Shown one piece after another: positions 1 to 9,046 of a stretch of 32,000 nucleotides of DNA (its first letter is position 1; every line of letters starts with the position of its first letter). The stretch comes from Nitrososphaeraceae archaeon (GTDB lineage Archaea > Thermoproteota > Nitrososphaeria > Nitrososphaerales > Nitrososphaeraceae), in NCBI GenBank assembly GCA_035620895.1, contig DASPFY010000022.1:37892-69891 (forward strand). The letters run 5' to 3'. The notes beneath the pieces are model-generated. The model saw nothing but the letters and a program-made list of their open reading frames with translations. It was not told where the DNA came from and did not search any database. The position numbers and the translations under genes are program-made.

Positions 1-477
1 TCGATGTGCATCAAAATGAATCAGTAGAGGGTGAGTTTCTGAAAGACCCTTCAAACAAAAATATGACAGTGTATGTTCTCCACCAAGCACAAATGGTTTC
101 TTTTTTGTTCTTGAGAGTTCCTTTACCAGGGGTGGAACTTTTTCATCTAAGAAGGAAAATATAGAATCTATCTTGCCATCATGATATTGGGGTAATTTAA
201 TATCACCCAAATCAAAAATTTTTGCTATTTCCTTGATATCCTTTTTTTCATCATAAACATAGGTTTCAATTTGACGACCAGATGCACTTCTGATTGCTTC
301 AGGGCCCCTGCTGGTCCCTTTTCCAAACGAAGTTGTCAGTTCCAATGGAATCCCAAAAAATACAATGTTGGATTCATTAAATGAGGTTTTCGTATCAATG
401 TCACCAAAGGAACAACCAGCTTTGGTCCTTTCTGGAGTAATAAAGAAAGAATCCAAAAGGTCCAAAATCTTTGTCAA
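1..477 (-). CDS. speB: Agmatinase / ureohydrolase family, N-terminal 159 codons (3' part lies outside the window)
   Basis: Absent from the ORF track because it runs off the window edge. My minus-strand translation reads ...NIVFFGIPLELTTSFGKGTSRGPEAIRSAS...PFVLGGEHTVSYFCLKG...LLIHFDAHR, which carries arginase/agmatinase-type Mn-binding motifs (GGxH, DAH). There is no in-frame ATG. TTG at 477 is the first plausible start after the in-frame TAA at 504..502, so the start is uncertain. Confidence 0.75.
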   Translation of the reverse strand, partial: MTKILDLLDSFFITPERTKAGCSFGDIDTKTSFNESNIVFFGIPLELTTSFGKGTSRGPEAIRSASGRQIETYVYDEKKDIKEIAKIFDLGDIKLPQYHDGKIDSIFSFLDEKVPPLVKELSRTKKKPFVLGGEHTLSYFCLKGLSETHPLLIHFDAHR

Positions 478-532
478 TTCTGAGCCAAATCCTGAAGGTA
501 ATTATGTTTATGTTTAAAGATAGTTAATAGCA

Positions 533-3238
533 CTAGTTTGACCAAAATAATTCATCCAAGTTGCTCTGTCTTGGCTTACCTATAATAGACTTGAAATTTA
601 CATCCAGTGCAGTTAAAAGCTGGTCAAAAGTAGACTCCATTGCCTCAAGGTATTTTTCGGTATCTATTTCGTTGTGATTGGATAATTCAACAGGTTTTAC
701 TCCTTCAGCAGTCTTTGTCTTTACATATGAAATTATATCTCCCGCCTTAATCTGTCTGCCGTTGTCAGAAAATAGCCTTGCTGCCTTTATATGCTGAGGG
801 ATTCCCTTGAATGAATTGGTAGTTGAATCTTCCCCATGTATAGAGGTTATTCTTGTGTTTTCAGATGTCTTTTTTCCATATTTTTCTGGGGACTTGTTTA
901 TCATCACATTAAAAGAAAGTTCCTCCAAAGGATATTCATTTGATTCTAATTTTCTTGCACTTTCTTTAACAATATCTTTAATTTTCTCTCTAGCAGTATC
1001 AAAATCTTTTTCAGTATTAACTTTGCCAAGAATATCTAACATACTGTAAAAAGTTTTTCTTATGAAAGCGGGCGTGTGAGATTTCTTGCCTGTTAGTCCT
1101 TTTACATCCACAGTCCCATCTTTGAGAACGCCGATATAATTTTTCTTCAGATTGTTAAACACAACATATCGATACTCTTTATCCAGTTCCAAGTCTACAC
1201 CCTGATTGTTTTTTGCCCATTTTGAAATTTCTTCTACGTTACCCTCAGAAGGATCTTTCAAAAATAATGAATCTGTATCACCGTAGACTACCGCTATGCC
1301 CGATTCCCTGCATTTCTCTATGGTTCTAGTGATAATATTTCTCCCAATAGCTGCCGTAGCATCAGCAACGGGAAGGCAATAGAGTGGAAATATTTCAGCG
1401 CCCATTACTCCGTAGCTTGCGTTGAGAATAACCTTAATAGCCTGACTCACTACCGTATAGAGTTGGCGTTCTTCAGGTGAGATTATTTTGTCTTTTGATA
1501 GTTGTTTATAGTAATTGACTCGAAGGTCTCGGAGCGAACCTATCAAAAGTGACGTTATTCCTTTTTTCTCCTTACATGTCCAATATGATGTATCAGTGAT
1601 TTTTTGGCCAGGATCCTGACTGCATGTATCATGGGGACAGTTTACTGTTTCGTAGGATAGATTATGAACCTTTATTATACTTGGGTACAGACTGGCAAAA
1701 TCGACTACTGATACATTGAAGTGAATTCCTGGAGTGGGTTCAACGACAAGACCTCCTCTATATTTTTTTTCTTTTATTATTGCCTCGGAAGATGCTTGCC
1801 CCTTGTATCGCAGCTCTTCGCTGTGAGGAATCAGCGCATTTATTTTTCGGTGCTCATAAAATAGCATTCCCCTGATCCACTGGTTCACACCTACCCTAGA
1901 AAGATCTTCGATTGAAAGTCTGGAAATCCTGGCGATTGCAAATAATAATTTTAGTAAAAGATTATCATTAAAGCTTGTAAGTCTAAACGTCAATTCTGTA
2001 TCTTTTAGACAGTATTGAGCCAATTTTTGGATTGGCAGATCGCTAATGTTTCCATCAAATTCAATTTTACTATCATTTAGAAGGGCTTCTGAGATGGCAT
2101 TTAGTCTGTATTCAGAATATTTGTGGCTAAACGCATAAATTTGAATGGATCTATTTTGGAATGTTCTAAATAGATCAATATGTACTCCGTGTTTCAGTTG
2201 GACTGGTTCTGCCTGGATACCTCTCTTGATGAATGAATCTCGTTTTACAAGTAATGGGATTTCTTCTTTTGGTATAATGGTATGGTTTATGGGATCAATT
2301 GCTGGATCTTGAGATCTTTCATAGAGATAAGGAAGATCAAAATCATCACCATTAAAGGTAACTAAGACACTATATGACCAAATTCTATCAAAGGTTTTTT
2401 CCAAAAGTTCTTTTTCTGTCTTGCACATTTCTGCTTCTGGAATTAGGGCTGTTCCATCATTGGGATTTTTATCTTGTTCAAGAAGAAGTACCTTTCTAAA
2501 GCCATCATTTGATACGATCCCTACTGCAGTAATTTTTCTATCATGTTCCTTGGGAACTGGCATCCGTCCCTCCTCCGAATCCACTTCAATATCAAGGGCT
2601 ATTCTTTTCATTTCTGGAATAGGTTGATTCAGTAGATCAGCCCACTCTCTCACGTATTCTCTATACTTGTCATTTCTTGCCTCCTTGCTCTCTAAGATCT
2701 TATCCCATAGAAAATTTTTCAGGGCATTGTAGACAATGTCTGACATTTTATAAGGATCTTCAATTATTTCGTCCCCTTGCCTCTTGTAGTATGAACCTGG
2801 AATTAGCCTAGTATCATAAAGATAGTTTTCATGATATTTTATGTTGGCTTCCCATACATTGAGTTTTTCTCTAATGCCGCCCTTTCCACCTATCGACAGT
2901 GGATCTGGTGCAATTATTTTTATTGTTTGAATTTCCTTATCTGACAGTAGATCCATTTTTGGAATTATCTTTAGCTCAAATTTCTTTTCTATGGCAGCAA
3001 TTTCTTCTGCTCTTTTTTGGTATTCCAGTTTAGTATAACAATATGGTTTGTGATCCGTTTTATCTTGCCAAAAATATATCACATGTAAATTAGGATCATA
3101 GAATTTCAATTGAACTTTTTGATTTTCACCAGAATAAATTGCTGATATTAACATGACTCGAGTATTTTCCGGCAGCTCCTTCCAATAATTCAAATGTTGT
3201 TTATCTTTATTATTCTGAAGAAGTGATGATTGATCCAA
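533..3238 (-). CDS. polB: Family B DNA polymerase (archaeal PolB)
   Basis: 901-aa ORF. Exonuclease motifs 'ALDIEVDSE' and 'FNGDDFDLPYL'; polymerase motifs 'DFASLYPSII' and 'VVYGDTDSLF'. The track start is TTG, so the true start could be slightly downstream. Confidence 0.95.
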   Translation of the reverse strand: MDQSSLLQNNKDKQHLNYWKELPENTRVMLISAIYSGENQKVQLKFYDPNLHVIYFWQDKTDHKPYCYTKLEYQKRAEEIAAIEKKFELKIIPKMDLLSDKEIQTIKIIAPDPLSIGGKGGIREKLNVWEANIKYHENYLYDTRLIPGSYYKRQGDEIIEDPYKMSDIVYNALKNFLWDKILESKEARNDKYREYVREWADLLNQPIPEMKRIALDIEVDSEEGRMPVPKEHDRKITAVGIVSNDGFRKVLLLEQDKNPNDGTALIPEAEMCKTEKELLEKTFDRIWSYSVLVTFNGDDFDLPYLYERSQDPAIDPINHTIIPKEEIPLLVKRDSFIKRGIQAEPVQLKHGVHIDLFRTFQNRSIQIYAFSHKYSEYRLNAISEALLNDSKIEFDGNISDLPIQKLAQYCLKDTELTFRLTSFNDNLLLKLLFAIARISRLSIEDLSRVGVNQWIRGMLFYEHRKINALIPHSEELRYKGQASSEAIIKEKKYRGGLVVEPTPGIHFNVSVVDFASLYPSIIKVHNLSYETVNCPHDTCSQDPGQKITDTSYWTCKEKKGITSLLIGSLRDLRVNYYKQLSKDKIISPEERQLYTVVSQAIKVILNASYGVMGAEIFPLYCLPVADATAAIGRNIITRTIEKCRESGIAVVYGDTDSLFLKDPSEGNVEEISKWAKNNQGVDLELDKEYRYVVFNNLKKNYIGVLKDGTVDVKGLTGKKSHTPAFIRKTFYSMLDILGKVNTEKDFDTAREKIKDIVKESARKLESNEYPLEELSFNVMINKSPEKYGKKTSENTRITSIHGEDSTTNSFKGIPQHIKAARLFSDNGRQIKAGDIISYVKTKTAEGVKPVELSNHNEIDTEKYLEAMESTFDQLLTALDVNFKSIIGKPRQSNLDELFWSN

Positions 3239-3346
3239 TTTTACTCACTGGGATTAGTTTCAAATATGGAAATTGGATAATTATCTTTTGCTACTGTTAT
3301 CTTCCATCTTTATTTTTGGAAGGTAATAAGCGGCTTTTGCAATACA

Positions 3347-4300
3347 TTAAAGAGTTATTGCATGAGCCTCTTTACGTCTAATGGCTATAATGCCAACAGA
3401 GTATAGACCAATCATAGGTAATGCAATGAACCACATCGTGACACCGGTTCCATCTGGTGTTATTATCGCACCAAATACCGTTATGATTATTATTGCATAT
3501 CTAAAATTTCTTTGCCAGAATTTTGAATCAGTCAGACCACTTAGAGATAAAACATACATCAGGACTGGAAGTTGAAATGCAATGCCAAATGCCAGTATGA
3601 ATTGCATAACAAATGCTATGAAATCGTTAACAGTTAGTAATGTTTCAGCACCAATTGATTCACCATATTTGTAGAGGAAGTCGAGAGTCAATGGAATTAC
3701 AAGCACATACGAGAATACCACACCAAATATGAACAAAAGAAACATTGGTGATATTATTTTGAAAAGATCTATTTTTGAAAATGACCTTTTACTTTTCTTT
3801 CCATCTTCTTCTTTTCTTGTTTGCTGTACATTGCCTTGTGCTGCGTCATCCCCTGTATTTGTATTTCTCACATCTCTGTTATCAAATTCTCCGTTACCCT
3901 TTGCTTGGTAAAATGCAGGAGAAATAAAGCCAAATATTTCTCTGATTACGATTGGCAGGGAGCATATCAAGCCAATTAGCAAGGAGATGTGAACTTGGGC
4001 AAAGAAAACCTGACCTGGAGCTGTTTGAATAAGCTTTACTTCTGGTGGAAGTAGTGTATCTTTCATAAAACTTGTCAGTTGGAGTGCTATATTGTTGAAC
4101 GGATCTGGATATAGATAATATAGCTTGAGATTCTGTTGTTGACCTGTATCTTGGGATGGAAGTGTAATAGGTATAATCGCTGTTTTTATGCCAAAACTCA
4201 TTGAAATAATGGTTATTATTGCAATGCAAATAACAATGCGAATCAACCTTATTCTCATTTCATCAAAATGTTCAGCTATTGACATCCCAGATGTAGACAT
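3347..4300 (-). CDS. tatC: Twin-arginine translocase subunit TatC
   Basis: 317-aa polytopic membrane protein. The N-terminus 'IAEHFDEMRIRLIRIV' is the TatC H-x-x-E-L-R-x-R-L-like signature, and the helix layout is consistent with six TM segments. It carries an unusual hydrophilic insert of about 40 aa (GNGEFDNRDVRNTNTGDDAAQGNVQQTRKEEDGKKSKR) after 'FISPAFY'. Confidence 0.85.
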   Translation of the reverse strand: MSTSGMSIAEHFDEMRIRLIRIVICIAIITIISMSFGIKTAIIPITLPSQDTGQQQNLKLYYLYPDPFNNIALQLTSFMKDTLLPPEVKLIQTAPGQVFFAQVHISLLIGLICSLPIVIREIFGFISPAFYQAKGNGEFDNRDVRNTNTGDDAAQGNVQQTRKEEDGKKSKRSFSKIDLFKIISPMFLLFIFGVVFSYVLVIPLTLDFLYKYGESIGAETLLTVNDFIAFVMQFILAFGIAFQLPVLMYVLSLSGLTDSKFWQRNFRYAIIIITVFGAIITPDGTGVTMWFIALPMIGLYSVGIIAIRRKEAHAITL

Positions 4301-4478
4301 TACAGTGTCGGAAAATAAACAATCTCGATATAATAATTATGTTGAAATATCACTGCATGGCTCTGCAGAGCCTGTAATTTATCAAGAAAAAACTTTTTTT
4401 AAGGGAATCGAATCCCGGTAAAAAAAATCATGATTCTTTAAGTAAATACTTTTAGAAGGTAAAAACAATAAGATTTCA

Positions 4479-4796
4479 ATGCAATATCACAAGGCTTCTT
4501 TCATTGGCCATGAAAGATCCAAAAAGGCACAATTAAAGCTGTTTGATTATACTGGCTACGCCATGTTAACGTATACTGTTAAACAAGATGGAAGTGGATT
4601 TGTTCCGGTAGGTGAAGAAATGCTGGTTGGCAAAATGGAAAGAGAATCTGAGGCAATGTTATTTCTATGTGATAATGATGGTTATGCAAAAGCGCAATCA
4701 AAACCGTTACCAAAGGAAAAAGCCATTGAAGCATACAAGAAAATGCTCGATGACGGCATTCAAGAATTTAAGGGTCAGATTAAAACTGTTACATAA
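4479..4796 (+). CDS. Hypothetical protein (105 aa)
   Basis: ATG-initiated ORF in its own intergenic slot with balanced amino-acid composition. I recognised no motif. Confidence 0.5.
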   Translation: MQYHKASFIGHERSKKAQLKLFDYTGYAMLTYTVKQDGSGFVPVGEEMLVGKMERESEAMLFLCDNDGYAKAQSKPLPKEKAIEAYKKMLDDGIQEFKGQIKTVT

Positions 4797-4869
4797 ACTT
4801 TAACGTATTATGAAATACTTGGCAATTAATAAATTGGATACTACATTAAAAAGTAAACGTTACTCAATT

Positions 4870-5577
4870 CTAGACAATAATCTTCGTTCCAGTTTGTTTG
4901 TTTTTTATGATGAGGTTTCTAATAATCTTAGGATCTGATTTTATTACATATGTAGGAATCTTTGATCTTTCAATTACCTTCATTGCAACAATGTCCATAA
5001 GTTCATAATTACCAGCCTGAGTGCTCTCGTTATTCAACAGGTCTAGGCATTTTTTTATAGTAATTTCCTTAAAGATTTTTGCCTTTGTGTTCTTCTTTGG
5101 ATCAAAATCATAAATTCCATCGACATCTGTTGCATTCAAGAATCTATCAGCCTTAATTTTCTCGCAAATAAGTGCAGCTGTAGCATTTGTACTCTGACCT
5201 GGATGAAGTCCACCACTGACTATAATCTTGCCTGATTGGCAAGCGATACTAATTTCCTCAAGATTTGAAGGAATTACTGGATAAACAGAGTCTCCAAGAG
5301 CTGCAGAAAGCAACATCGCATTTAGCCGGGATATTTCTATGCCCATTTCGTCAAGACTGCTCTCATCAGACCCTAATGATCTTGCTAAATTAACGTAATG
5401 CCTTGCAATTATTCCGCCACCAGACACTACAACTGGTTGCACTTTGGTTTGTATATCTAGCAAAGCTTGAGCGTATTCCTTTAGAGACCTTGAAGTAGTC
5501 GTAAAATTAAAAACACTACCGCTCAATTTTATGACTAGAATTTTTTTCTGTTTTGAAACCTTATTGGAGACATTCAT
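4870..5577 (-). CDS. pyrH: UMP kinase, archaeal type
   Basis: 235 aa. 'ILVIKLSGSVF' N-terminal amino-acid-kinase motif, 'VVSGGG', 'GGLHPGQSTNATAA'. Its start overlaps the stop of the upstream HD gene by 1 nt (TAATG). Confidence 0.9.
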   Translation of the reverse strand: MNVSNKVSKQKKILVIKLSGSVFNFTTTSRSLKEYAQALLDIQTKVQPVVVSGGGIIARHYVNLARSLGSDESSLDEMGIEISRLNAMLLSAALGDSVYPVIPSNLEEISIACQSGKIIVSGGLHPGQSTNATAALICEKIKADRFLNATDVDGIYDFDPKKNTKAKIFKEITIKKCLDLLNNESTQAGNYELMDIVAMKVIERSKIPTYVIKSDPKIIRNLIIKNKQTGTKIIV

Positions 5578-6839
5578 TATTTTTCTGGCAGCTCCTTATC
5601 TAATACATCTTTTGATATATTTGTAATGTTCTTTCGATCCTTATGGTTGGTATAAACTCTTATCATATCAAGATAACCTGTTATTGAATTTACCAAGGGG
5701 AGATTAGAAACTGGTTGTTTAAAGAATTCGTCCTCACTAACAAGAAGTATTGATTTCATTTCTTTCTTGTTTGGGGCAAGTGGAACAAGAGAAATGCCAT
5801 ACGTATCAAGAAAAATTTTCCTTTCATCAATATTTGCTAATCTTGCTATTTTCAATCTCAATTCCTCAATTTTATCTCTATTTAATTTTGTATAATTATC
5901 TCTTTTACGGATAAATCTCTCGTACACACATTTCAATAATTTCCTTTCTAAATAATGAGAAATCATTTCTTTTGCAACTTTGTTATTTTGTGATGAATAA
6001 ATCTTCCACAATATGCTATCATCAGTTAATTTGAGATAATCATTTAATGATAATTTACTCAGGTTCAATGCTTCACTTGAGAGCAAGATAGAATGAAGGA
6101 GCATTACTTCAGCAGATCGGACTGTCTTGTGAAAATAGACAGCGCGGAACATTTCGAATCTTGAAATCATCATAGATTCAAAAGAGTAAAAGGATGAAAT
6201 ATCCAGAGCTAAACTTTCATTGTCAGTTACCCTGAATGAATTAATAATTCTGTTATAATCTACTTTTCCGTATTCTACTCCTGTAAAAAAACCATCCCTT
6301 GGAAGATAGTCCATGAGATCTGCTGAAAGGCTTCCTGAAATTATTTCATTTTTGAATTTTACTTTTGAATCGCCAAAAGAAATTTCGCTTATGCCTTTTG
6401 GAGAATATCCAGAGCCTGAAAGAATATCGCTCAATTCTGTTTTACAAATTATTTCTGCTCCGATTGTTTCATGATTCTTGTTGCCGGTAACTTTCAGTGC
6501 TTCTTCAAACAGATGGGAAAAAGGTCCATGACCAATATCATGCAAGAGAGAAGCTACCCGTAGTTCTTGAATTGATTCTTTTTCTATAGCTCCTATTGAA
6601 AATAGATGTTCCCCTGCCAGACCTGCCACATGCATAGTTCCCAGAGAATGTTCAAATCTTGAATGCTGTGCAGCAGGGTAGACTAGGTGAGCACCTGCCA
6701 ACTGCTTAATTCTTCTCAATCTCTGAAATACAACTGAATCAATTATCTTTTTTTCCAGATCTGTAAATCTAATAAACTTGTGAATAGGATCAGCAATTTC
6801 TCCAACGAATTTCATGTCGACAAGAGAATTTAACACCAC
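5577..6839 (-). CDS. HD-domain phosphohydrolase, dNTP triphosphohydrolase-like (COG1078 / SAMHD1-like)
   Basis: 420 aa. 'FQRLRRIKQLAGAHLVYPAAQHSRFEHSLGTMHVA' and 'LLHDIGHGPFSHLFEE' form the H..HD..D metal site of this family. It sits between tmk and pyrH with spacers of 6 nt or less. Confidence 0.85.
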   Translation of the reverse strand: MVLNSLVDMKFVGEIADPIHKFIRFTDLEKKIIDSVVFQRLRRIKQLAGAHLVYPAAQHSRFEHSLGTMHVAGLAGEHLFSIGAIEKESIQELRVASLLHDIGHGPFSHLFEEALKVTGNKNHETIGAEIICKTELSDILSGSGYSPKGISEISFGDSKVKFKNEIISGSLSADLMDYLPRDGFFTGVEYGKVDYNRIINSFRVTDNESLALDISSFYSFESMMISRFEMFRAVYFHKTVRSAEVMLLHSILLSSEALNLSKLSLNDYLKLTDDSILWKIYSSQNNKVAKEMISHYLERKLLKCVYERFIRKRDNYTKLNRDKIEELRLKIARLANIDERKIFLDTYGISLVPLAPNKKEMKSILLVSEDEFFKQPVSNLPLVNSITGYLDMIRVYTNHKDRKNITNISKDVLDKELPEK

Positions 6840-6845
6840 ACTGAA

Positions 6846-7439
6846 TTAAATTTTCACAATTTTTTTTACTGTTTTCAGTACTTGATAATGAACATCGACG
6901 ACTGACTTTTCTCCATCAATAATGCTCCAGTTGAATTTGTTTGCAAGAATTCTGTAATTTTTCTTTACCTTCCTAATCAGCTCCAGGTCTTTTTCAAAGG
7001 TATCAATTATACCATTTTTAGATCTGGTAACCAAGGTGTTAGTTTTGATATCTATTACTATTACAAGGTCTGCTCTCGGTAAACCTTTGTCCAATGCGAG
7101 AAGCCAGTCTAATTTCAATCCTTTTGATACACCATACACCAGATTAGATTGATAATACCTGTTCATGATAATCGTAGTTCCTTTACCAATTACTCTCTCT
7201 ATTTCGGCCTTTTTCTCCCATCTATTTGCAGATAGGAGTATCATTTTCACCTCATCTGAGTAGCCTCTTTTTCCATCAAGGAATTGCTTTATCTCTTTAC
7301 CTACAGGGGTAGAATAATCAGGAAAATCAAACCTGACGCACTTGCTCCTTAGTTTTTTTTGGAGTAATTTTGCCTGTGTTGTTTTTCCGGCCTTGTCAAT
7401 TCCTTCTATAACGATAATCTTTCCCTTACGCAAATACAT
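6846..7439 (-). CDS. tmk: Thymidylate kinase
   Basis: 197 aa. P-loop 'IVIEGIDKAGKTTQ', a 'NRY..S' LID-region-like segment, and the size fit dTMP kinase. Confidence 0.85.
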   Translation of the reverse strand: MYLRKGKIIVIEGIDKAGKTTQAKLLQKKLRSKCVRFDFPDYSTPVGKEIKQFLDGKRGYSDEVKMILLSANRWEKKAEIERVIGKGTTIIMNRYYQSNLVYGVSKGLKLDWLLALDKGLPRADLVIVIDIKTNTLVTRSKNGIIDTFEKDLELIRKVKKNYRILANKFNWSIIDGEKSVVDVHYQVLKTVKKIVKI

Positions 7440-7545
7440 TCTTTGAAAAAAATGTCGTAAATAAATAGTATTTTAAAAATTCATAATGCCAAGATGGCTT
7501 TGTTGTGTCAGAGTGCCATTACACAAGTAAGAGAATGAACTGTAC

Positions 7546-7983
7546 TTAACCACAGTCAATATCTCCCTCAAAAGTTCCTTTCCATCCAGAATCAGCACGA
7601 ACCTGGATTTTTGCTTTATTTCCACAGTCCCCATTTATTGAAATATTTCCTTTTTTGTCTAAATCACAAATATTACTGGTTGTCTCTTTACCCTCCAAGT
7701 CATACTTTTTCTCGTCGATTCTTCCCGAATCAAGAAATCCGCCGTTACTAGTATTGTCATCTGAAGAGCCATCGAGGACTACTTCCCAACTTCCATAAAT
7801 AGGAGAATCGTTCATAAATGCTGCAAATGACAGTTCACCCTTTTCTGACCTGCCATCAGGACAGCTAATTGAACCTGATGCATTTCCTGATGTTTCTGTT
7901 CCGTAGGCTACGGTAGTAGCAGACAGCATCATAATCGTAAAAAGTAGTAATATTTTCACCTTACTTTTACCGTCCAAATTCAT
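7546..7983 (-). CDS. Small secreted protein, hypothetical
   Basis: 145 aa. N-terminal signal-like segment 'KVKILLLFTIMMLSATTVAYG', four Cys, G/S/D-rich mature part. Confidence 0.55.
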   Translation of the reverse strand: MNLDGKSKVKILLLFTIMMLSATTVAYGTETSGNASGSISCPDGRSEKGELSFAAFMNDSPIYGSWEVVLDGSSDDNTSNGGFLDSGRIDEKKYDLEGKETTSNICDLDKKGNISINGDCGNKAKIQVRADSGWKGTFEGDIDCG

Positions 7984-8090
7984 GAATTTCCCTTGAAAGG
8001 GAAATAATTTATATATTATGTAGAGCGCATCCAGATCATAAATAGGATAAATGGCATGAATCCTTTATTACTGCTTATTGTAGTATTAAA

Positions 8091-8129
8091 GATTATCACT
8101 GATGATTATCGATGATGATTATCGTTTAA
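8091..8129. repeat. Three phased copies of GATTATC (13-bp period) upstream of amoC
   Basis: 'gattatcactgat' / 'gattatcgatgat' / 'gattatcgtttaa', with GATTATC at 8091, 8104 and 8117. Confidence 0.6.
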
Positions 8130-8240
8130 TTGGTCCATTTCCAACGATATTTTCTTGCAAACATTGTAATAATTATCATAATACGTTATCTCTCTTACAA
8201 ATCTTATACTTTATTATATAATTTCTATATCTTCAAGTTA

Positions 8241-8248
8241 TTATAAAA
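8241..8248 (+). promoter_or_regulatory. Candidate TATA box for amoC
   Basis: 'ttataaaa' lies 17-24 nt upstream of ATG 8265 and 26-33 nt upstream of the second ATG (8274). That spacing fits a leaderless or short-leader archaeal transcript. Position-based guess only. Confidence 0.3.
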
Positions 8249-8264
8249 GATCCGTGAAATATCG

Positions 8265-8837
8265 ATGACTAAAATGGCACAGATGCCGGCTCTAATTCCA
8301 AAAGAAGTAGAAATCCAGAGACTAAAGAAAATCTACATCATGGTTATCATGCTGGGTTCAATCGCAGCATCCGTAGAAGTAGACAACTTTGTTGATGGAT
8401 CTCTTCATCAAACCGCAATTAGAGACAGCGCATTTACACCAGCTCATTGGTGGTTATACAGTCACTTTATAGCCCTACCATTAGGTTGGGGATTTGTGGC
8501 AATGTATGACAGAAGGGTGCCTGTACTGAGAGGACCTGGAAACTCAATGAACACTGGTTTAAAGATAACCATCATAGGCTATCTTGCAACCATGTTTACA
8601 ATTGGTGTAAATGAAATGTGGCACTTTTGGTTTGTGGAAGAAATTTTCGCAGTGCCGAACCACTGGATGTTTAACATGGGAGTAGTAGTAGCTTTCATGG
8701 GTGCTCTTGCATATGTAGTAAGAGTTTATGCACGTCTAGTAGAATTGGGTGCTGAAACTCCTGGAAAGAACCCATACGTGGCTGAGATGTACAAGCTTGC
8801 ACTTGAAGGAAAGCTGTACAGCAGATCAATTCCATAA
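8265..8837 (+). CDS. amoC: Ammonia monooxygenase subunit C (archaeal AmoC), stand-alone copy
   Basis: 190 aa. '...MAQMPALIPKEVEIQRLKK...SAFTPAHWWLYSHF...GVNEMWHFWFVEEIF...PYVAEMYKLALEGKLYSRSIP' matches archaeal AmoC as I remember it, over the full length. The true start may be ATG 8274 (MAQMP...). No amoA, amoB or amoX is nearby. Confidence 0.93.
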   Translation: MTKMAQMPALIPKEVEIQRLKKIYIMVIMLGSIAASVEVDNFVDGSLHQTAIRDSAFTPAHWWLYSHFIALPLGWGFVAMYDRRVPVLRGPGNSMNTGLKITIIGYLATMFTIGVNEMWHFWFVEEIFAVPNHWMFNMGVVVAFMGALAYVVRVYARLVELGAETPGKNPYVAEMYKLALEGKLYSRSIP

Positions 8838-8884
8838 GCTAATTTGTCATGCTGTCAACAAAAGCAGGAAGACGAACAAACACC

Positions 8885-8905
8885 TTTTTTTTCTTTTTCT
8901 TTTTT
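8885..8905 (+). terminator. Oligo-T tract (T8 C T5 C T6) downstream of amoC
   Basis: 'ttttttttctttttctttttt' lies about 50 nt after the amoC stop. Archaeal termination typically uses oligo-T runs. Confidence 0.45.
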
Positions 8906-9046
8906 GTCAGGTCCTAGTTGATACTATGGCTCTGCTTAACAACATCCGTGTTAGGTAGTCAAGATATTCATCTACATTGGAAAAAAGTTTCTGACAATGA
9001 AGCATCGTCATCATTCATGGATTTGAAAATATTCTTATATACAAAA

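Noticed and set aside
807-2627. Plus-strand ORFs 807..1049 and 2421..2627 inside the polB locus
   Set aside because: They lie entirely antisense to a strongly supported 901-aa polymerase ORF, and their products are low-complexity and S/L/F-rich. These are typical shadow ORFs.
3381-4421. ORFs 3381..3575(+), 3729..3911(+), 3894..4229(-) and 4188..4421(+) overlapping tatC
   Set aside because: They are antisense to, or in an alternative frame of, the TatC membrane protein. They have no motifs, and their composition is driven by the opposite-strand codons.
8749-9046. ORF 8749..8958(+) and the TTG-initiated 5' extension (8918..9046) of the CDC48-N-like ORF
   Set aside because: They overlap the amoC 3' end and run through the oligo-T terminator tract. 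The domain-bearing part starts after ATG 9047/9062.
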